Positions 1 to 13,095 are shown, counted from the whole stretch's first letter. The stretch: 63,482 nt of DNA, filler included, from Pirum gemmata (GCA_002812295.1; 15 parts of 15 records of this genome joined end to end with filler, not necessarily neighbours in it); one strand, 5' to 3'. Numbers and translations are program-made. Notes: generated by a model from the letters alone, not told the origin.

Positions 1-1169
1 TTATTATTATTATTATTATGACATATTATTATTATGACATATTATTATTATTATGACATATTATTAGGAGTGGGTTTATTATTAGGATTAAGAGTTAGAT
101 TAGCATTGTTATTGCTCTTACTATCGCTTGCTGTTGTTGTGGTTGTTGTGGTTGTTGTGATTATTGTTGTTGTTGTTATTGTGGTTACATTTGTTTATGT
201 GGTCGTTGTGTTTGTTGCGGTTGTGGTTATTTGTTGCCGCTGTTGCTTGTTGTTGTGGCTGCTGTTTTTGCTGTTCTTGCTTTAGTTACTTGCTTTAGCT
301 GTTCTTATTGCTGCTGCTACTGTTGTTGTTGTAATGCATGTGTTGTTTTTTTAAATGTTTATTTTCTTTAATCACCTTCTATCTTTTTACTCATCGTTAT
401 TTACGTTCATATAATTTTCTTCTGATACATAGCGTAACTTTTATAACTTTTATAACCTTGCTCGCTCGCTCTAAAAAGATTGTTTTAATGAATAAATGAG
501 GCAGGTAAAGAATATATTCGTTCAGCCTAACAACGACTGTAAGAAAGGAATCAAATTTATGTAGTTTTTAACTACCCCCCCCCCTCCCTATTAACAACTG
601 AGAAGTACGTTTAACATATAGCATATTTCCCAAGCATTCTGTGCCGGGCTGTTGTTATTATGATTATTAGTCGCCTTAACTAGCCCCGAAATATGGAGTA
701 TATGATATCCACATCGACTTTTCCTGCCGAGGATTTCTATTTCCAGTATTATTGAACTAAACTTAGGCTGGCAGTAAACAAAAACTGGTATTTGTCACTT
801 ACAGTTTTTAATTCTAGTTGTAATTGTAGTCCATAATTATATCATATTGAATTCTTTTAAATTTTACTTGTTAGAACTCGGATGTTCCACATAAACTTTT
901 TCGTGGTAAAATATCCAAAAAAGTAAAATAAAAATTTCAACCGATAATAGTAAAACGCTCTATTGATAAAAGGGAAGCAGAACAAGAAGTAGAGGCAAGA
1001 ATTGTAAAAGTGGTAAAAAATTATATCATTCAAAAAAGTTATTAAGTTCAACTAACAATAGATTACGTGATGTTAATTGAAGTAAAGAGTCAAAAAAACT
1101 ATACTATATATATATATATATATCCTTTTGTATAACAAAATTACTGAGATCACTAAAAGATGTGATATG

Positions 1170-1655
<486 letters not shown>

Positions 1656-2499
1656 ATGTGTGTAAACATACACAATGTTGTTGAGATAAGTTGGTAATAT
1701 CTGGCTATAAAGATTGTCAATAAATATTAATTAAAGATGTACAACTTAAAAGAGAAAAAGAAATATTAAAGTAAACTCGTGTACTGGTATCATCAAGTAA
1801 AGTGATGAATATAGTATTAACATTTGTGGACTGCATGTACAATATTCCTTTACGATGTTACCATGTAATTTATAGTACACTTACCAGCTTTAGCTATAAT
1901 ATATTATGACCACGCACATAAATAGAATAAAAAAACACGCATTTAGAAATAACAAAATTCAAATAATTACACTACTGAAATATTTATAAATAGCATACTG
2001 AATGTCGTGTATGGCTAATGCTATGATAAGATGTAGACTACCAGCTGCAGGTATAAAATTAGGACTCCAAAATTGGCACAGAACGTACAAACTTTAAATA
2101 CTATGATACAAAGCCAAAAACAAATTTAACCTTACGGCTTAACCCCACAACACCTAAATCACCTACAAAAAAAGGCTACCATCTTTTTGGATATCCGATT
2201 TATTATTATTATTATTTATTATAATTATGTGCATTTTTTGGTTGGTTTCAATAAACTTAGATATATTATTGTATCATGTATATACAGATATACATATCGA
2301 TAATAATGTAATAATATAATAATATGATATAATTATAATATAACGATTTTACTTACAATTTTATGTTTTTTTTTTTTATTTATACGTGATTTGTTACTCT
2401 GCTTTATATAAAATAATATATATAGACGTTAATTGTATTTTTTACATTCTTAATATATATATTTTTTTGGCCTAAAATTGTTAGTGTGTTGGTCAGTAA

Positions 2500-3470
2500 T
2501 CTCTTCTTCTATATAGCTTTTGGGTCCGTTGGTCTGTGCCCTTCTCTGTTTGTTCATCAGTTTGTTTTTCATGTTTTTCTTGTTTTTCAGTCAATTTGTC
2601 TACCTTTTCTTTTTAAAAAAATGTAATTGCTCCATGTTTTAATGTAGTGTCAATCTGTGCTGATAATTGGGCCATTTGGTCATAGGTTGTTGCTTGTTGT
2701 GTTCTTTGTGTTGTTGTTATTGGGGTTCAGTTGATAATATTAATATTTTCGCGTCTTTCTTGTGTTCTGTTTTGAACTTCTTGTCTTGCTTTTTGGATAT
2801 GTGGGCATTCTGAGGAGCAGGAAACATGATCGCCATGGCAATTTGAATATTTCGTTTGCCCTACACATTTGTCTTTTGATGGTGGTTTCCTGCACATACT
2901 AGACAGGTTACTTTGTTTGTGAAGTTGGGTACTGCGTGTCCTAGCTGTTGCAATTGACACTGGTATAATGGAAGGTACCTATCATTCAGATGGATTGTTA
3001 GCACTTGAAAATCAATTTTCCAGCTGGTAATTAAAAGTTGTTTGCGTTCATTTTCTGTTTCAAACTTTACGCGTACTTTTTTTGTGGGCTCTTGGTCTTT
3101 TCCTTTTCTAATTCGTGTAAAAGTAATGTTGTGGTCTTGTTCATATAGTTTAAATGAGCTATCATTGAGGTTGATTGATTCATGTAGGTTTAATGAAGTC
3201 TGAAATTGGTTTGGAAGTTGCTGTGTTGGTTATGCTTACGATTCCTCGTGAGAATGCATGCATATTATGCTTCTTCTGGCCAATTGAGCAAGTCTTGCAA
3301 TTATTGGGTTTGTTTATCATCTTTAATTAGCTTGATAACATTTTTGAAATACATTTGGTTCTTGATTGTGTTTATAATATTAATGTTGTTGATAGAAAAT
3401 ACTTAATTACTTGGTTGAAAATCAGTGGTGGTTGGTTTACATAATGGTCTGCTGTTTCCTTTGTTAATCA
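2500..3470 (-). mobile_element. Decayed non-LTR retrotransposon ORF1 (gag-like, triple zinc knuckle)
   Basis: Across frameshifts the minus strand reads TRIRKGKDQEPTKKVRVKFETE...QC..QQLGHAVPNFTNKVTCLVCAGNHH/SKDKCVGQTKYSNCHGDHVSCSSECPHIQKARQE. This is the three-knuckle CX2CX4HX4C pattern of I/Jockey-type ORF1 proteins, interrupted by stops. Boundaries are approximate. Confidence 0.7.
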
Positions 3471-3773
3471 ATTTTTATTGGGGAGAGGTTTGATGTATGA
3501 TAATAATACCATTATATATAGTTACCGATATTATGACTGGTATTAATTCTTCATTATGGCTAAATCCCCATAAAAAAATCTGATTTTTTTTTTTAAAAAA
3601 AAATTAAAATGCTTCTTTTTTTGAAGTCCTTGCTATATATCGATATCAATTTTTTTTGATTCACAGGTGGGGAAATTATTGGAAACCCCCGACTGGTTGT
3701 TATTGGGACAACGATATTTGGACTTTTATGTTGTATTTATAGACGGTCTTCGTCTTGGTCGGNCATCATCATT

Positions 3774-3820
<47 letters not shown>

Positions 3821-3902
3821 CCAAGTTACGTTAGTGACTCACAGTTTTGTTATTGCTATTATTTTCTTTGTTTAAACTTGCTTTTATCGAATGGCTCTCC
3901 AG

Positions 3903-4057
3903 CGTTGCAAGATGAAAATACCGTTCCAATTCAATGGCAAATGTGGCTTAATTATAAGCGCAATGCACCTCCAACTGACGAAGAAATAAAAAAGCATTTG
4001 GATGATAAAAAAAAGATAGCTGAGAGAGTTCGTGTTTTAGAGGAGAAAGATAAAGTG
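3903..4057 (+). CDS. NDUFAF2: Internal exon of an NDUFA12/NDUFAF2-family mitochondrial complex I accessory or assembly protein
   Basis: Acceptor ctccag| and donor |gtaatt. Encodes LQDENTVPIQWQMWLNYKRNAPPTDEEIKKHLDDKKKIAERVRVLEEKDKV, matching the family motif P-x-W-x-x-WL-x-x-x-R-x-x-PPT-x-EE. Confidence 0.72.
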
Positions 4058-5238
4058 GTAATTTCCTTTGTTTCTTTTTCTCTTTACTGTGTTTTTCTCT
4101 TTGTTTTATTTTTTTCTTTTTTCTTTTTTTTATATGTTTTCAAATATTTCAAAAATAGTTTATATTAATAATTTTAAAGGACGGGGATAAAGTAGTATTT
4201 TTCGTCCGGTTTCTTTTTTCTCTTTGTTTTTCTTTTTCTCTTTTCCTTTCTTTTTTCCGTTTTGTTTTTGTATGTTTTCAAATGTTTTGAAATAGTGTAT
4301 GTTTAAATATTTTGCCGGTCTTAAAAATAATGTTATCTAAAGTAATTTTTTTTTTTTCCTATTTTTTTGGTTTTCTGATGATATTTTGTGCCTATGAGTA
4401 GCGTTTGATAGAGGAGCGAGGAGGTATCATTTTCAAAAACATCCACTCATATTTCATGTATTTAAAAATGCATAATATAGTAGAAATATATTATCATATT
4501 TATCATTGTATAAAACAAATATGTACATACACTTTAACAAAATTCCAAGGTGTTAAATGTCAAATATCAATTTTTAAAACTAATTAATAATATTTTAAAT
4601 AGGTAGAGGTCGTATATAATCAAACAATCACACAGTCACATTATTACCACATAGTTGCATATTTACATATTCTAATGATCTAAAAATTTAATAATCTAAT
4701 GCTCAAATAAACAATAAATAATTCTTAACAATCAAATGCTAAAATCAAAGATCCAATACCTACCCCATATACATTACCCCGAGTTATTCGTTTTAAAAAG
4801 ACTATTTTTTCATTGGACTTTCCCTATATTTTATTTGTTTTATTGCTTTTATTTTTGTATACGGATGATGGCATCTACTCCACGCTGGTTTTTTGATTAA
4901 CTTAAGCCAAGCAAGTTGAAAAAGAAAATATTGAAGATGCAAAAAATACTTTTTTTGGAGGATCCGGACATGGTAAATTCTTTTCTCAGTTTCTTTCGTA
5001 GTCGTTATACCAAACATAAATTTGATGTATATACTTATTGCAGTAGAACGGCTTGAAATACACGTCCTTGTTTTTCTTTATTTAAAAAATAAATAAAACA
5101 ATATTAGATTAGATAGAAGAATGTTTTAATGAAACTAATACTATTGTGATAGAGTAGCATGAGACAAGATAGAATGATGAAACTAAACGCTGCTACATAA
5201 CACTAATCACTAATCTATATATATATATATTATAAAAG

Positions 5239-5324
5239 CTTCTGTTCAAGCACAAAAGAGGACGGCGAACGATAAAGCCGATGGAAAAGAAGATACTTTC
5301 AGGCCTCAAGAATGGACTCGTTAG
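5239..5324 (+). CDS. NDUFAF2: Probable terminal exon of the same NDUFAF2-like gene
   Basis: CTAAT branch-like motifs followed by an aaag| acceptor. Encodes SVQAQKRTANDKADGKEDTFRPQEWTR*, resembling the C-terminal TFQPxxW motif of NDUFAF2. Its phase does not match the 4057 donor, so an intervening small exon is implied. Confidence 0.5.
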
Positions 5325-5656
5325 TTTGTTTACTGTCGTTGTTGTTGTTCCGTATTAGTATATTAGTATTAGTATTAGTATTAGTATTAGTATTAGTATT
5401 AGTATTAGTATTAGTATAAGTATTAGTATTAGTATTAGTATTAGTATCAGTATTAGTATTAGTAGTAGTATTAGTATTGCTATTACTTGCTGCTGTGTGG
5501 TCATTGTGCTTGTTGTGCTTGTTGTGCTTGTTGTGCTTGTTGTGCTTACTCTTTCTAGATCCTATTTTATACACTTCCATTCTTGCTTTAACCCTAATCT
5601 CGTCTTCGTCCTCACCCTTTGCTATGTCTTCATATTATTATTATTATTATTATTAT

Positions 5657-5756
5657 NNNNNNNNNNNNNNNNNNNNNNNNNNNNNNNNNNNNNNNNNNNN
5701 TTAATTAATTAANNNNNNNNNNNNNNNNNNNNNNNNNNNNNNNNNNNNNNNNNNNN
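5657..5756. other. Artificial contig-joining linker (44 N + TTAATTAATTAA + 44 N). The same linker recurs with cores at 9531, 13372, 17891, 23645, 28431, 32271, 36086, 39865, 43671, 48273, 52034, 55858 and 59711
   Basis: Fourteen identical 100-nt blocks. TTAATTAATTAA places stop codons in all six frames, as in pseudomolecule linkers. Confidence 0.97.
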
Positions 5757-5817
5757 ACAATAACAACAGCAACAACAGCAACAGCAGCAATAATAATAAT
5801 AATAATAATAAAATTAC

Positions 5818-6590
5818 CAAACGATAACGACGAGCTAAAAATGAAACTCTTGTCGTTGGAACAATAATGCAAGGCTGCGATTTATTACATTTACAAGCGC
5901 GCATTGTTTCTTCATTGTGTCTGCATCTTGGTAAAGCAGATACTAGAACCAGTTCGCTAGAGGAATTAACCTGGCAATAATAGGGATAGGGAGTAGGGTT
6001 GGGGTTGGGGTTGAGGTTGGAATAAATCAAATAAATAAATAAATTAAATTAAATACATTATATAACTATTTAAATATATAATAAAAAATAAACAAATTAA
6101 ACAAAAAAAACTTACGTTTTCCTTTGTTGGATTTGGTCTCACAACCTTCCCTATATTTTGCATGGTCCACAATGCACGCTCACTCTTTGTAAGCAGAGCA
6201 TCGTCCCCTAACAAAATAAAAACACACCCAGCCTCAGGGTATGCCTATTATTTAGATATAATATGTTATTTATTAAGTTTACCATCATTGAAGTGACAAT
6301 TTGAATGAAAATGGTGATACTATATAGGAAATAATATAAACAATAAATAATAAACAATAGGTAACAACAATAAGTAAAAATATGAACAAACAACAAACAA
6401 TAAACAATAAACAACAAACAACAAACAACAAACAACAAACAACAAACAAATAACAACAGCTAACAGATAACAGACGCAGACAACAACAAACAAACCAGAA
6501 TTAATAAGAAGGGTTTGTAAAAACTTACTTTTCTTTTTTTTCTGACTGACATTGCCTTTGTATTGATCGGAGACAGCTGTCAATGAAAAT
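5818..6590 (-). CDS. Three internal exons (6590-6529, 6207-6116, 5970-5818) of an unidentified protein
   Basis: Canonical ag/gtaag(t) sites with compatible phases join into one open frame: FSLTAVSDQYKGNVSQKKKKRDDALLTKSERALWTMQNIGKVVRPNPTKENVNSSSELVLVSALPRCRHNEETMRACKCNKSQPCIIVPTTRVSFLARRYRL. The introns are microsatellite-filled. Confidence 0.72.
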
Positions 6591-6626
6591 CTAAACTACC
6601 ATTATTTTTTAAAAAAATAAAATGAC

Positions 6627-6723
<97 letters not shown>

Positions 6724-6878
6724 NNNNNNNNNNNNNNNNNNNNNNNNNNNNNNNNNNNNNNNNNNNNNNNNNNNNNNNNNNNNNNNNNNNNNNNNNNNNN
6801 NNNNNNNNNNNNNNNNNNNNNNNNNNNNNNNNNNNNNNNNTGTTGTTGTTGTTGTTGTTGTTGTTGTCGTTGTTGTCG

Positions 6879-6912
<34 letters not shown>
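6627..6912. repeat. (GTT)n microsatellite with an internal gap
   Basis: Pure trinucleotide run. Confidence 0.95.
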
Positions 6913-7984
6913 AGTTAGGTTGTTGTAGGTTTGCTTTCCCTTGTTTGTTGTTTGCTGTTTCGTTTTTGTTCTTTTATTATCATATTTATTTATATTATTA
7001 GACCCCCCTGTCTCTGGCTTTATTTATATCCATAGACTAATATTATAACAGTTACTATCGATAAAAGCCTTGGTTTTCGCGGTTTAATATTTTTCGTAGA
7101 CTGCTCGTAGAGAGTACAGACTACCCGGTAGACCTAGTCTAGCTAGTCTAGCTAGCTAGAGCCTGGAGCAGCCGGTAGAGCTATCTAGACTATGTAGTCT
7201 ATCAATAGACTACTATCTATTGATAACTCTTGCCGACCGCAGATATTTCCATAATAAGATATTATTTCCAAAAAAAACCGAAAAGATCTTTTAAACTATA
7301 TATGGCTTCTTTATATGTTAAAAAGGTAATATTTCCATATATTACTGTNNNNNNNNNNNNNNNNNNNNNNNNNNNNNNNNNNNNNNNNNNNNNNNNNNNN
7401 ATTTATTTGGTTGTTTATAATATTTAAGTTGATACTTTTAAATTTATATATTTATTATAATAAAATATACCAAATTAAATTAAATGGATTCATATTGTAT
7501 TAATTTGGTATTCTTTATTGTATATTTCTAGTACTTTTTTAATTAAAAATAAAAGTTCCAATTTTAATATTAAAACTTGCCAAATTACATCTTTTGTGTA
7601 CGTTTTCGGAGAGGATTCTCATAGGATTCTCATCCTCATAGATTCCCTCTAATCACTAATTTTGTATCTAGACTATATATTAGTAATTGGTATTATCAAA
7701 AATAACAAAATAAGTATTAAAAAGTACCAAATAATTTTTTTAGTATATTTATTATATTATTTAGCCATTTTTTATTTTTTATACGGCTGTTAGTCTACAG
7801 TTAGCTGGAGGGGACCCTAGGGAGGGGACCAGAGTCCTAGTCTAACTGAGGCCTCTAGCTAGCTAGCTAGTAGACTAGACTACTACTAGCTAGGTCTAGC
7901 TAGCCTAGCCTCTAGCTAGTCTACCCGGTACTACCTACCAGTACTTCCAGGTACTAGCTAGACGGGTCTACTATGATAGTCTAT

Positions 7985-8164
7985 GGTCATAGACCCCCCC
8001 GGGCCTAAGTAAGTTAGCCCCCCGGGCATAAGTAAGTTAGCCCCCCGGGCCTAAGTAAGTTAGTCCCCCCGGGCCTAAGTAAGTTATCCCCCCTATGCCT
8101 AAGTAAGTTAGCCCCCCGGGCCTAAGTAATTTAGCCCCGGGCCTATATAAAAGGGCCTATGACC
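7985..8164. mobile_element. MITE-like element: 12-bp terminal inverted repeats enclosing ~7 tandem 23-bp units
   Basis: Left end GGTCATAGACCC and right end GGGCCTATGACC (1 mismatch). The unit is GCCCCCCGGGCCTAAGTAAGTTA, with no spacers. Confidence 0.65.
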
Positions 8165-8315
8165 CCGTGCTTTTCAGTTGTTTTGTCATCATTTATATAA
8201 AATATCCATTTCATTTAATTTTAACAATACCAATTAAAAAATTATAACCAACCAAATAACTATTCGGTTGTAGTTGGTTGGATACCGGGTCTACGAGTGA
8301 ATAAAAATTTAAAAT

Positions 8316-8503
8316 AAGGGAACATTCATAATATAAAGGACGTCACTTATTCTTTGATAAAAGTCATTGCTCGAAAAGTGTGACTTAAAAACTGTTTTGG
8401 GCAGTAAGTAATTATTAAAATGAACTTTAAAATTATGACCAAAAGAGTTTTGGACAAAGAGGCATAAGTAAGATTAGGTGACGTCCTTTATGGATGATTC
8501 CTA
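8316..8503. mobile_element. MITE family D (~190 bp; arms ATAAAGGACGTCAC...GTGACGTCCTTTAT). Other copies at ~19950-20091, 24757-24930, 26875-27025 and 27712-27893
   Basis: Shared core TATTCTTTGATAGAAGTCATTGCTCGAAAGTGTGACTTAAAACTGTTTTAGGCAG in both orientations. GGG-type ends next to TAA/TTA suggest PIF/Harbinger affinity. Confidence 0.75.
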
Positions 8504-9831
8504 ACCGCTGTGTTTACGTGTTTACGTAGTGATCATGACAAACATTATCTATTGTGCGTTTCATTTATTTTGCCACTCTGAATATTTATTTGGTTAGTTA
8601 TAATATTCAAATTACGATATACAAAAACGAACAAAATAGACCTATCTATTACAACAACATCCCACAACATCCACCAACAACAAATAATAACAATAACAAT
8701 AACAATAGTTATATATTAATAATAACAACAAAACAGTAAACAATCAATTTGGGATTAGGGGGTTAGGATTGGGGTTAGGGACTGTTAGGGTTTACGTTTA
8801 TTTTTATTACTATTCAGTATTCAAAATTCTATTGTTATTAAATTGTTTATTATTTATTAATTTTAATATTTTTATTATTTAGTGTTGACTTAATTGCTAT
8901 TGATAATGCTTGTGTAACTCGCTTAATTAATTACGTATATATGCATATTATGGGTATATACAATATTGTTGAGGTTGTAAAAACACATCACACAAAAACA
9001 GCTTATTAAAAACAATTCTGATTTTATTGATATAGACCCGGTTTATTATGACTGTACGTATGTGTAGGCCTGTATGTGTTCACTGGGGATAGCTAGCTAG
9101 ACTACTAACAAATATTTACTATCATAATTATATAACTATACAAATCCAACAGTAATCCAACCCACTGCTGTGGGTTTTAAAACTAGTATAAAACTGTAGA
9201 AATTTAGACTTCTTTTCTAAAAACCTTTAATGCTAGATAGAGACTCCAGATAGCCAAATTATTTTTAAAAACTAGCCATTGGTTCATAATAGTGTTTTTT
9301 TAGTTATAGAGTTTCTCAAAATTTGGTAGTACTTTCATAAACATCGGATTATTTTCATATTTTCGCTAATACATCGTATTAATTAATATTATTACTCCTT
9401 TCCCCTCAGAAAATACCCGTAATGGGCCTACCCTAACCCTAACCCTAACCCTACCCTAACCCTAACCCTAACCCCAACCCCAACCCNNNNNNNNNNNNNN
9501 NNNNNNNNNNNNNNNNNNNNNNNNNNNNNNTTAATTAATTAANNNNNNNNNNNNNNNNNNNNNNNNNNNNNNNNNNNNNNNNNNNNTTATATTATAATAT
9601 ATAAATACAGCGCTCAAAGAAAAACGCAAAGTAAAAAATAATGCTTAATTAAAAAAAAATAAAAAGTAAAATAGTTAATGTTTGTTTTCCTGATTAACTG
9701 AATATTTATTTTTTTAATTAGAAGCTTAAATAATTATATTTATTTATTTATTAATTTTAATTAAAAGCTTAAAAAATCATATTCAGTAATTAAACTCTCT
9801 AATTCTCTGGTTCTTTTTGTAAATACTAATC

Positions 9832-12471
9832 ATGAAGTTTACAGCTACCTTGATAGCTGCTTGTGCTTTAGTTTCTAGTACTTCTGCTGCTGGTGTTACA
9901 CAACCAGTATGCAAGGAACACACCTGTGAGACATTTTTTGCCAAACACACTTGTCCTGCAGCTGATGATAAGGAAATGATTCCTGGATTGGAGCCTAAAC
10001 TTATTCATTGTAAAGGTAGAAAGCAATGTATTAGCCGTTGTTGTCAAGATATTGTTCACACCTGTGCATCTACCAAAGTCGATTGCAATGCTGCTGGGAA
10101 AGTTTTAGACCCTAACGTTCCACAAGATACTGATTGCAAAGGTGATTGTGTTAGTGCATGCTGCAAAGTTGGCACTTGCGAAGAACACAACTGGAAATGT
10201 AAAGCTGGTACAGGTAAAATCCCTGCCTTCAAAAAAACTAAATGCAACGGTGGACAAGATTGCGCAGACAAATGTTGTGAAGCCGATTCATGTAAGAGTT
10301 GGGCTGGTACGTGTCCAGCCGGAAAAGCCAAAATTCCTGAATGGGATAAGAAAGCATGCCAAGGGGATAACTGTAAGTTCGAATGTTGTGAGCACGACAC
10401 GTGTGCTAGCTGGAACGGCCAATGTCCTAATGACCATAGCAAAATCCCAAATTTTGATACAGCACCATGCGCAGGAGATGATTGCCCTAAACAATGTTGT
10501 GAGGCAAACTCGTGTAAGGGTTGGGGAGGACAATGCCCTCAAGGTGAAGATAGAATTCCTAACTGGGCCACTACTAAATGCACAGGTGCAAATTGCGAAG
10601 AAAAATGTTGCGAAGTTAATTCTTGTAAGAGTTGGGTCGATATTGACAATGGAGTATGCGCGCAAGGACAAGGTAAAGTAGATGATTTTGATAAAGTAAA
10701 ATGTCAAGGAGATAATTGCGCGACCACTTGTTGTGAAGCAAAGTCATGTACTGCTTGGGGAGGAAAGTGTCCGAATGGAAAAGAAAAAGTTCCTGACTTT
10801 GATTCCAAACCATGCAAAGGACCTAACTGTGAGCAAGTATGTTGCAAAGAAGAGGATATCTGTAAAAATTGGAAAGAATGTTGCTCTGATCAAGATTTGA
10901 TTGAAATTCCGGGGACTTCAGCAACGAAATGTAAAGGGGATGAATGTTTCTCTAAATGCTGCAAAGCACCTACCTGTAAAGACTGGTACGGCAAACATAG
11001 TTCTAGCGGAAAATGTGGAGGTATTGCAGGCAAATCACCTAACTGGATCCCCATGCCAAATGCTGATGCGACTGAATGTTATGGAAAAGAATGTGAATCC
11101 AAATGTTGTCGTCCACCTCTTGCTAAATGTGACGATTACCACTTCAGAATTAACGGGTACAATATAAAAGACATTCCAACAATTAATACCAATAAAGGTC
11201 CTCAAAAATTGATCGTAACCACCTCAAAACAAGCTGATATCAATCTAAGAGCTCATAATGACATTGTTATGGATAAATGTAGTTTGGATACCGAAAATGG
11301 TGTAGCTGATAGTGTTTGGATTTCCGCTACTCCTTTCAAACACTTCAAAGGAAAAATTCAATTTGATTTCAAAGCAGAAAATGGAGATAAATGTAATTAT
11401 GAACTTGCAGCCAGTGGAAGTAATCAACATAGCAAATGCTATATTTGGGGAGATCCTCACATAACTTCTTTGGACGGTTCTAAGTTTGATTACTTCACAG
11501 GTCCTTACCAAACAGTTTTTGATGCCCCTGACTTTCACATTACAGCTGAGACTTACCAACGTTCACATCATAGTAAAGTAACTACTTACAAAAGGATGCA
11601 CGTTCAATACAAGAAAACGGTCCTGGCCTTTTACACCAAGGATTTCAAAAAACAGCATCAAAAACTTCACAGATATACATTGGACAATTCCCCTCCTGAG
11701 CAAATTTGCTACAAGTTGGATAAAGGACGTGGATACATCTTTCACAGCGTCATATTCCCGGATGGAACAAAGCTTACTATAAAGAGTGTTCATAGTGGGC
11801 ATTGGGCACATTACCTTGATATGTCTTTGTACCCAAGTAATCGTCTTAAAAACAAAGTCAATGGTGGTGTTTGCGGTAATTGGGATGGAAACCACCGCAA
11901 CGATCAGGATGCTAACTGGAAAACAACATGGAAAGCCGACAACATGGACGCTAAAGACATTAAAGAAAGTTCGTTCCCAGCTGATGTTGACATGGGGGTT
12001 TGTGGTACTGGTACAGATACTGGTGTGATGACTAAACAAATGTGTGAACTTTGGCCTGGCTATAAATTATTGTTAAAAGATGATGAACAACAAGATATTG
12101 TTCCTCCTTCTCGTTCACTCAAGTTTGACAAAGAAAGTACAACCGCTTGTAACTCACTGAAATCAAGTACGTGGGGTAAATTAGCCCTCTCCAGTAAATG
12201 TTTAACCACTGGTGAAATGGATAATTACATTAAAGGGTGCATGTCAGACAGGAAGAGTGGTGACAAGTCTGCTGCTGTGGAAACAATGGATTTAATCGTT
12301 GCAACTTGTATTGATGAAGCAGTTGATGCTGGTAAACCAGAGAATAATTCCTTTTACGCATTCGCTAAAAAGAATGGACTTAATTCTTGTTCTTATCCTA
12401 CTGGTGGTAACCCAACCGAAAATGGTTGTGTATGTAATGCTGGCTTTAGTGGAAAGCATTGTGATGAGTAA
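9832..12471 (+). CDS. Secreted 879-aa protein: signal peptide, ~10 tandem six-cysteine repeats, von Willebrand factor D (VWD) domain, C-terminal EGF-like motif
   Basis: N-terminus MKFTATLIAACALVSSTSAA. Repeats follow C-x6-C-x13/14-C-x4-C-x3-CC. VWD hallmarks CYIWGDPHITSLDG and GVCGNWDG are present, and the protein ends CVCNAGFSGKHCDE. The ORF is intronless, with AATAAA downstream at ~12523. Confidence 0.92.
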   Translation: MKFTATLIAACALVSSTSAAGVTQPVCKEHTCETFFAKHTCPAADDKEMIPGLEPKLIHCKGRKQCISRCCQDIVHTCASTKVDCNAAGKVLDPNVPQDTDCKGDCVSACCKVGTCEEHNWKCKAGTGKIPAFKKTKCNGGQDCADKCCEADSCKSWAGTCPAGKAKIPEWDKKACQGDNCKFECCEHDTCASWNGQCPNDHSKIPNFDTAPCAGDDCPKQCCEANSCKGWGGQCPQGEDRIPNWATTKCTGANCEEKCCEVNSCKSWVDIDNGVCAQGQGKVDDFDKVKCQGDNCATTCCEAKSCTAWGGKCPNGKEKVPDFDSKPCKGPNCEQVCCKEEDICKNWKECCSDQDLIEIPGTSATKCKGDECFSKCCKAPTCKDWYGKHSSSGKCGGIAGKSPNWIPMPNADATECYGKECESKCCRPPLAKCDDYHFRINGYNIKDIPTINTNKGPQKLIVTTSKQADINLRAHNDIVMDKCSLDTENGVADSVWISATPFKHFKGKIQFDFKAENGDKCNYELAASGSNQHSKCYIWGDPHITSLDGSKFDYFTGPYQTVFDAPDFHITAETYQRSHHSKVTTYKRMHVQYKKTVLAFYTKDFKKQHQKLHRYTLDNSPPEQICYKLDKGRGYIFHSVIFPDGTKLTIKSVHSGHWAHYLDMSLYPSNRLKNKVNGGVCGNWDGNHRNDQDANWKTTWKADNMDAKDIKESSFPADVDMGVCGTGTDTGVMTKQMCELWPGYKLLLKDDEQQDIVPPSRSLKFDKESTTACNSLKSSTWGKLALSSKCLTTGEMDNYIKGCMSDRKSGDKSAAVETMDLIVATCIDEAVDAGKPENNSFYAFAKKNGLNSCSYPTGGNPTENGCVCNAGFSGKHCDE

Positions 12472-12837
12472 AAAAACAAAAAATCTTTTTTGATTTTTTG
12501 ATTTTTAATAACAAACATTTTTAATAAAATGAATTTAGAATATTTTTAAACCTTTCATAATTAATTGCTAATTTTAGTGGAGAATTATTATAATTATAAT
12601 AATAATATAAGTAAAAGTTTTTTCTATATTAGCCCGAAAACTCGAATTTCTGCTGTCAAAAAAAAAGCCAAAATTCAGCTTTGTTTGAAATTTATTTTTC
12701 CCATTACGGATCGTTCTAAATAATACGTCAACGTCAAGGGGTAGGTAGGTAGGTGGTATTTTGACCGGAAATTAACGTCGAGTGGTAGGTAGGTAGGGGT
12801 ATTTGAAGCTGTATTTGACCAGAAGTTGGCGTTATGT

Positions 12838-13095
12838 AGTAGGGGTGAGATATCTACTGGAACTTTTTCGAACAGATGCTTATCGAGCCAACCTTAGTTC
12901 CGTGTCCCTTACTAATAATAGCAGTTAAATAGCTTAAAATAGTAAATCNNNNNNNNNNNNNNNNNNNNNNNNNNNNNNNNNNNNAGATACCAATTAAATT
13001 AATAATATTAACATTAATAGTAATAAAAACCATAAAATCGGAAAAGTTCCGGCAGCTGCTCGGTAATAATAAAATGACGTCATCTCACCCCTACT
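12838..13095. mobile_element. Non-autonomous DNA transposon with a perfect 14-bp TIR and 8-bp TSD, nested in a family-B MITE
   Basis: AGTAGGGGTGAGAT...ATCTCACCCCTACT, flanked by CGTTATGT at 12830-12837 and 13096-13103. Confidence 0.85.

Noticed and set aside
640..800. GC-richer islands as exons (also ~3667-3760, 17230-17305, 25130-25215, 28100-28175, 28540-28660, 40153-40250 and 60580-60830)
   Set aside because: They may be coding, but I could not establish a unique frame, consistent splice phases or a recognisable motif.
7993..8145. 23-bp repeats as a CRISPR array
   Set aside because: The units are directly adjacent with no unique spacers, there are no cas genes, and the context is eukaryotic.
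9868..12493. Overlapping alternative-frame and antisense ORFs within the large genes (also within 21791-22639, 32477-35863, 41779-43290 and 47482-48147)
   Set aside because: They are shadows of the main coding frame and have no independent motifs.
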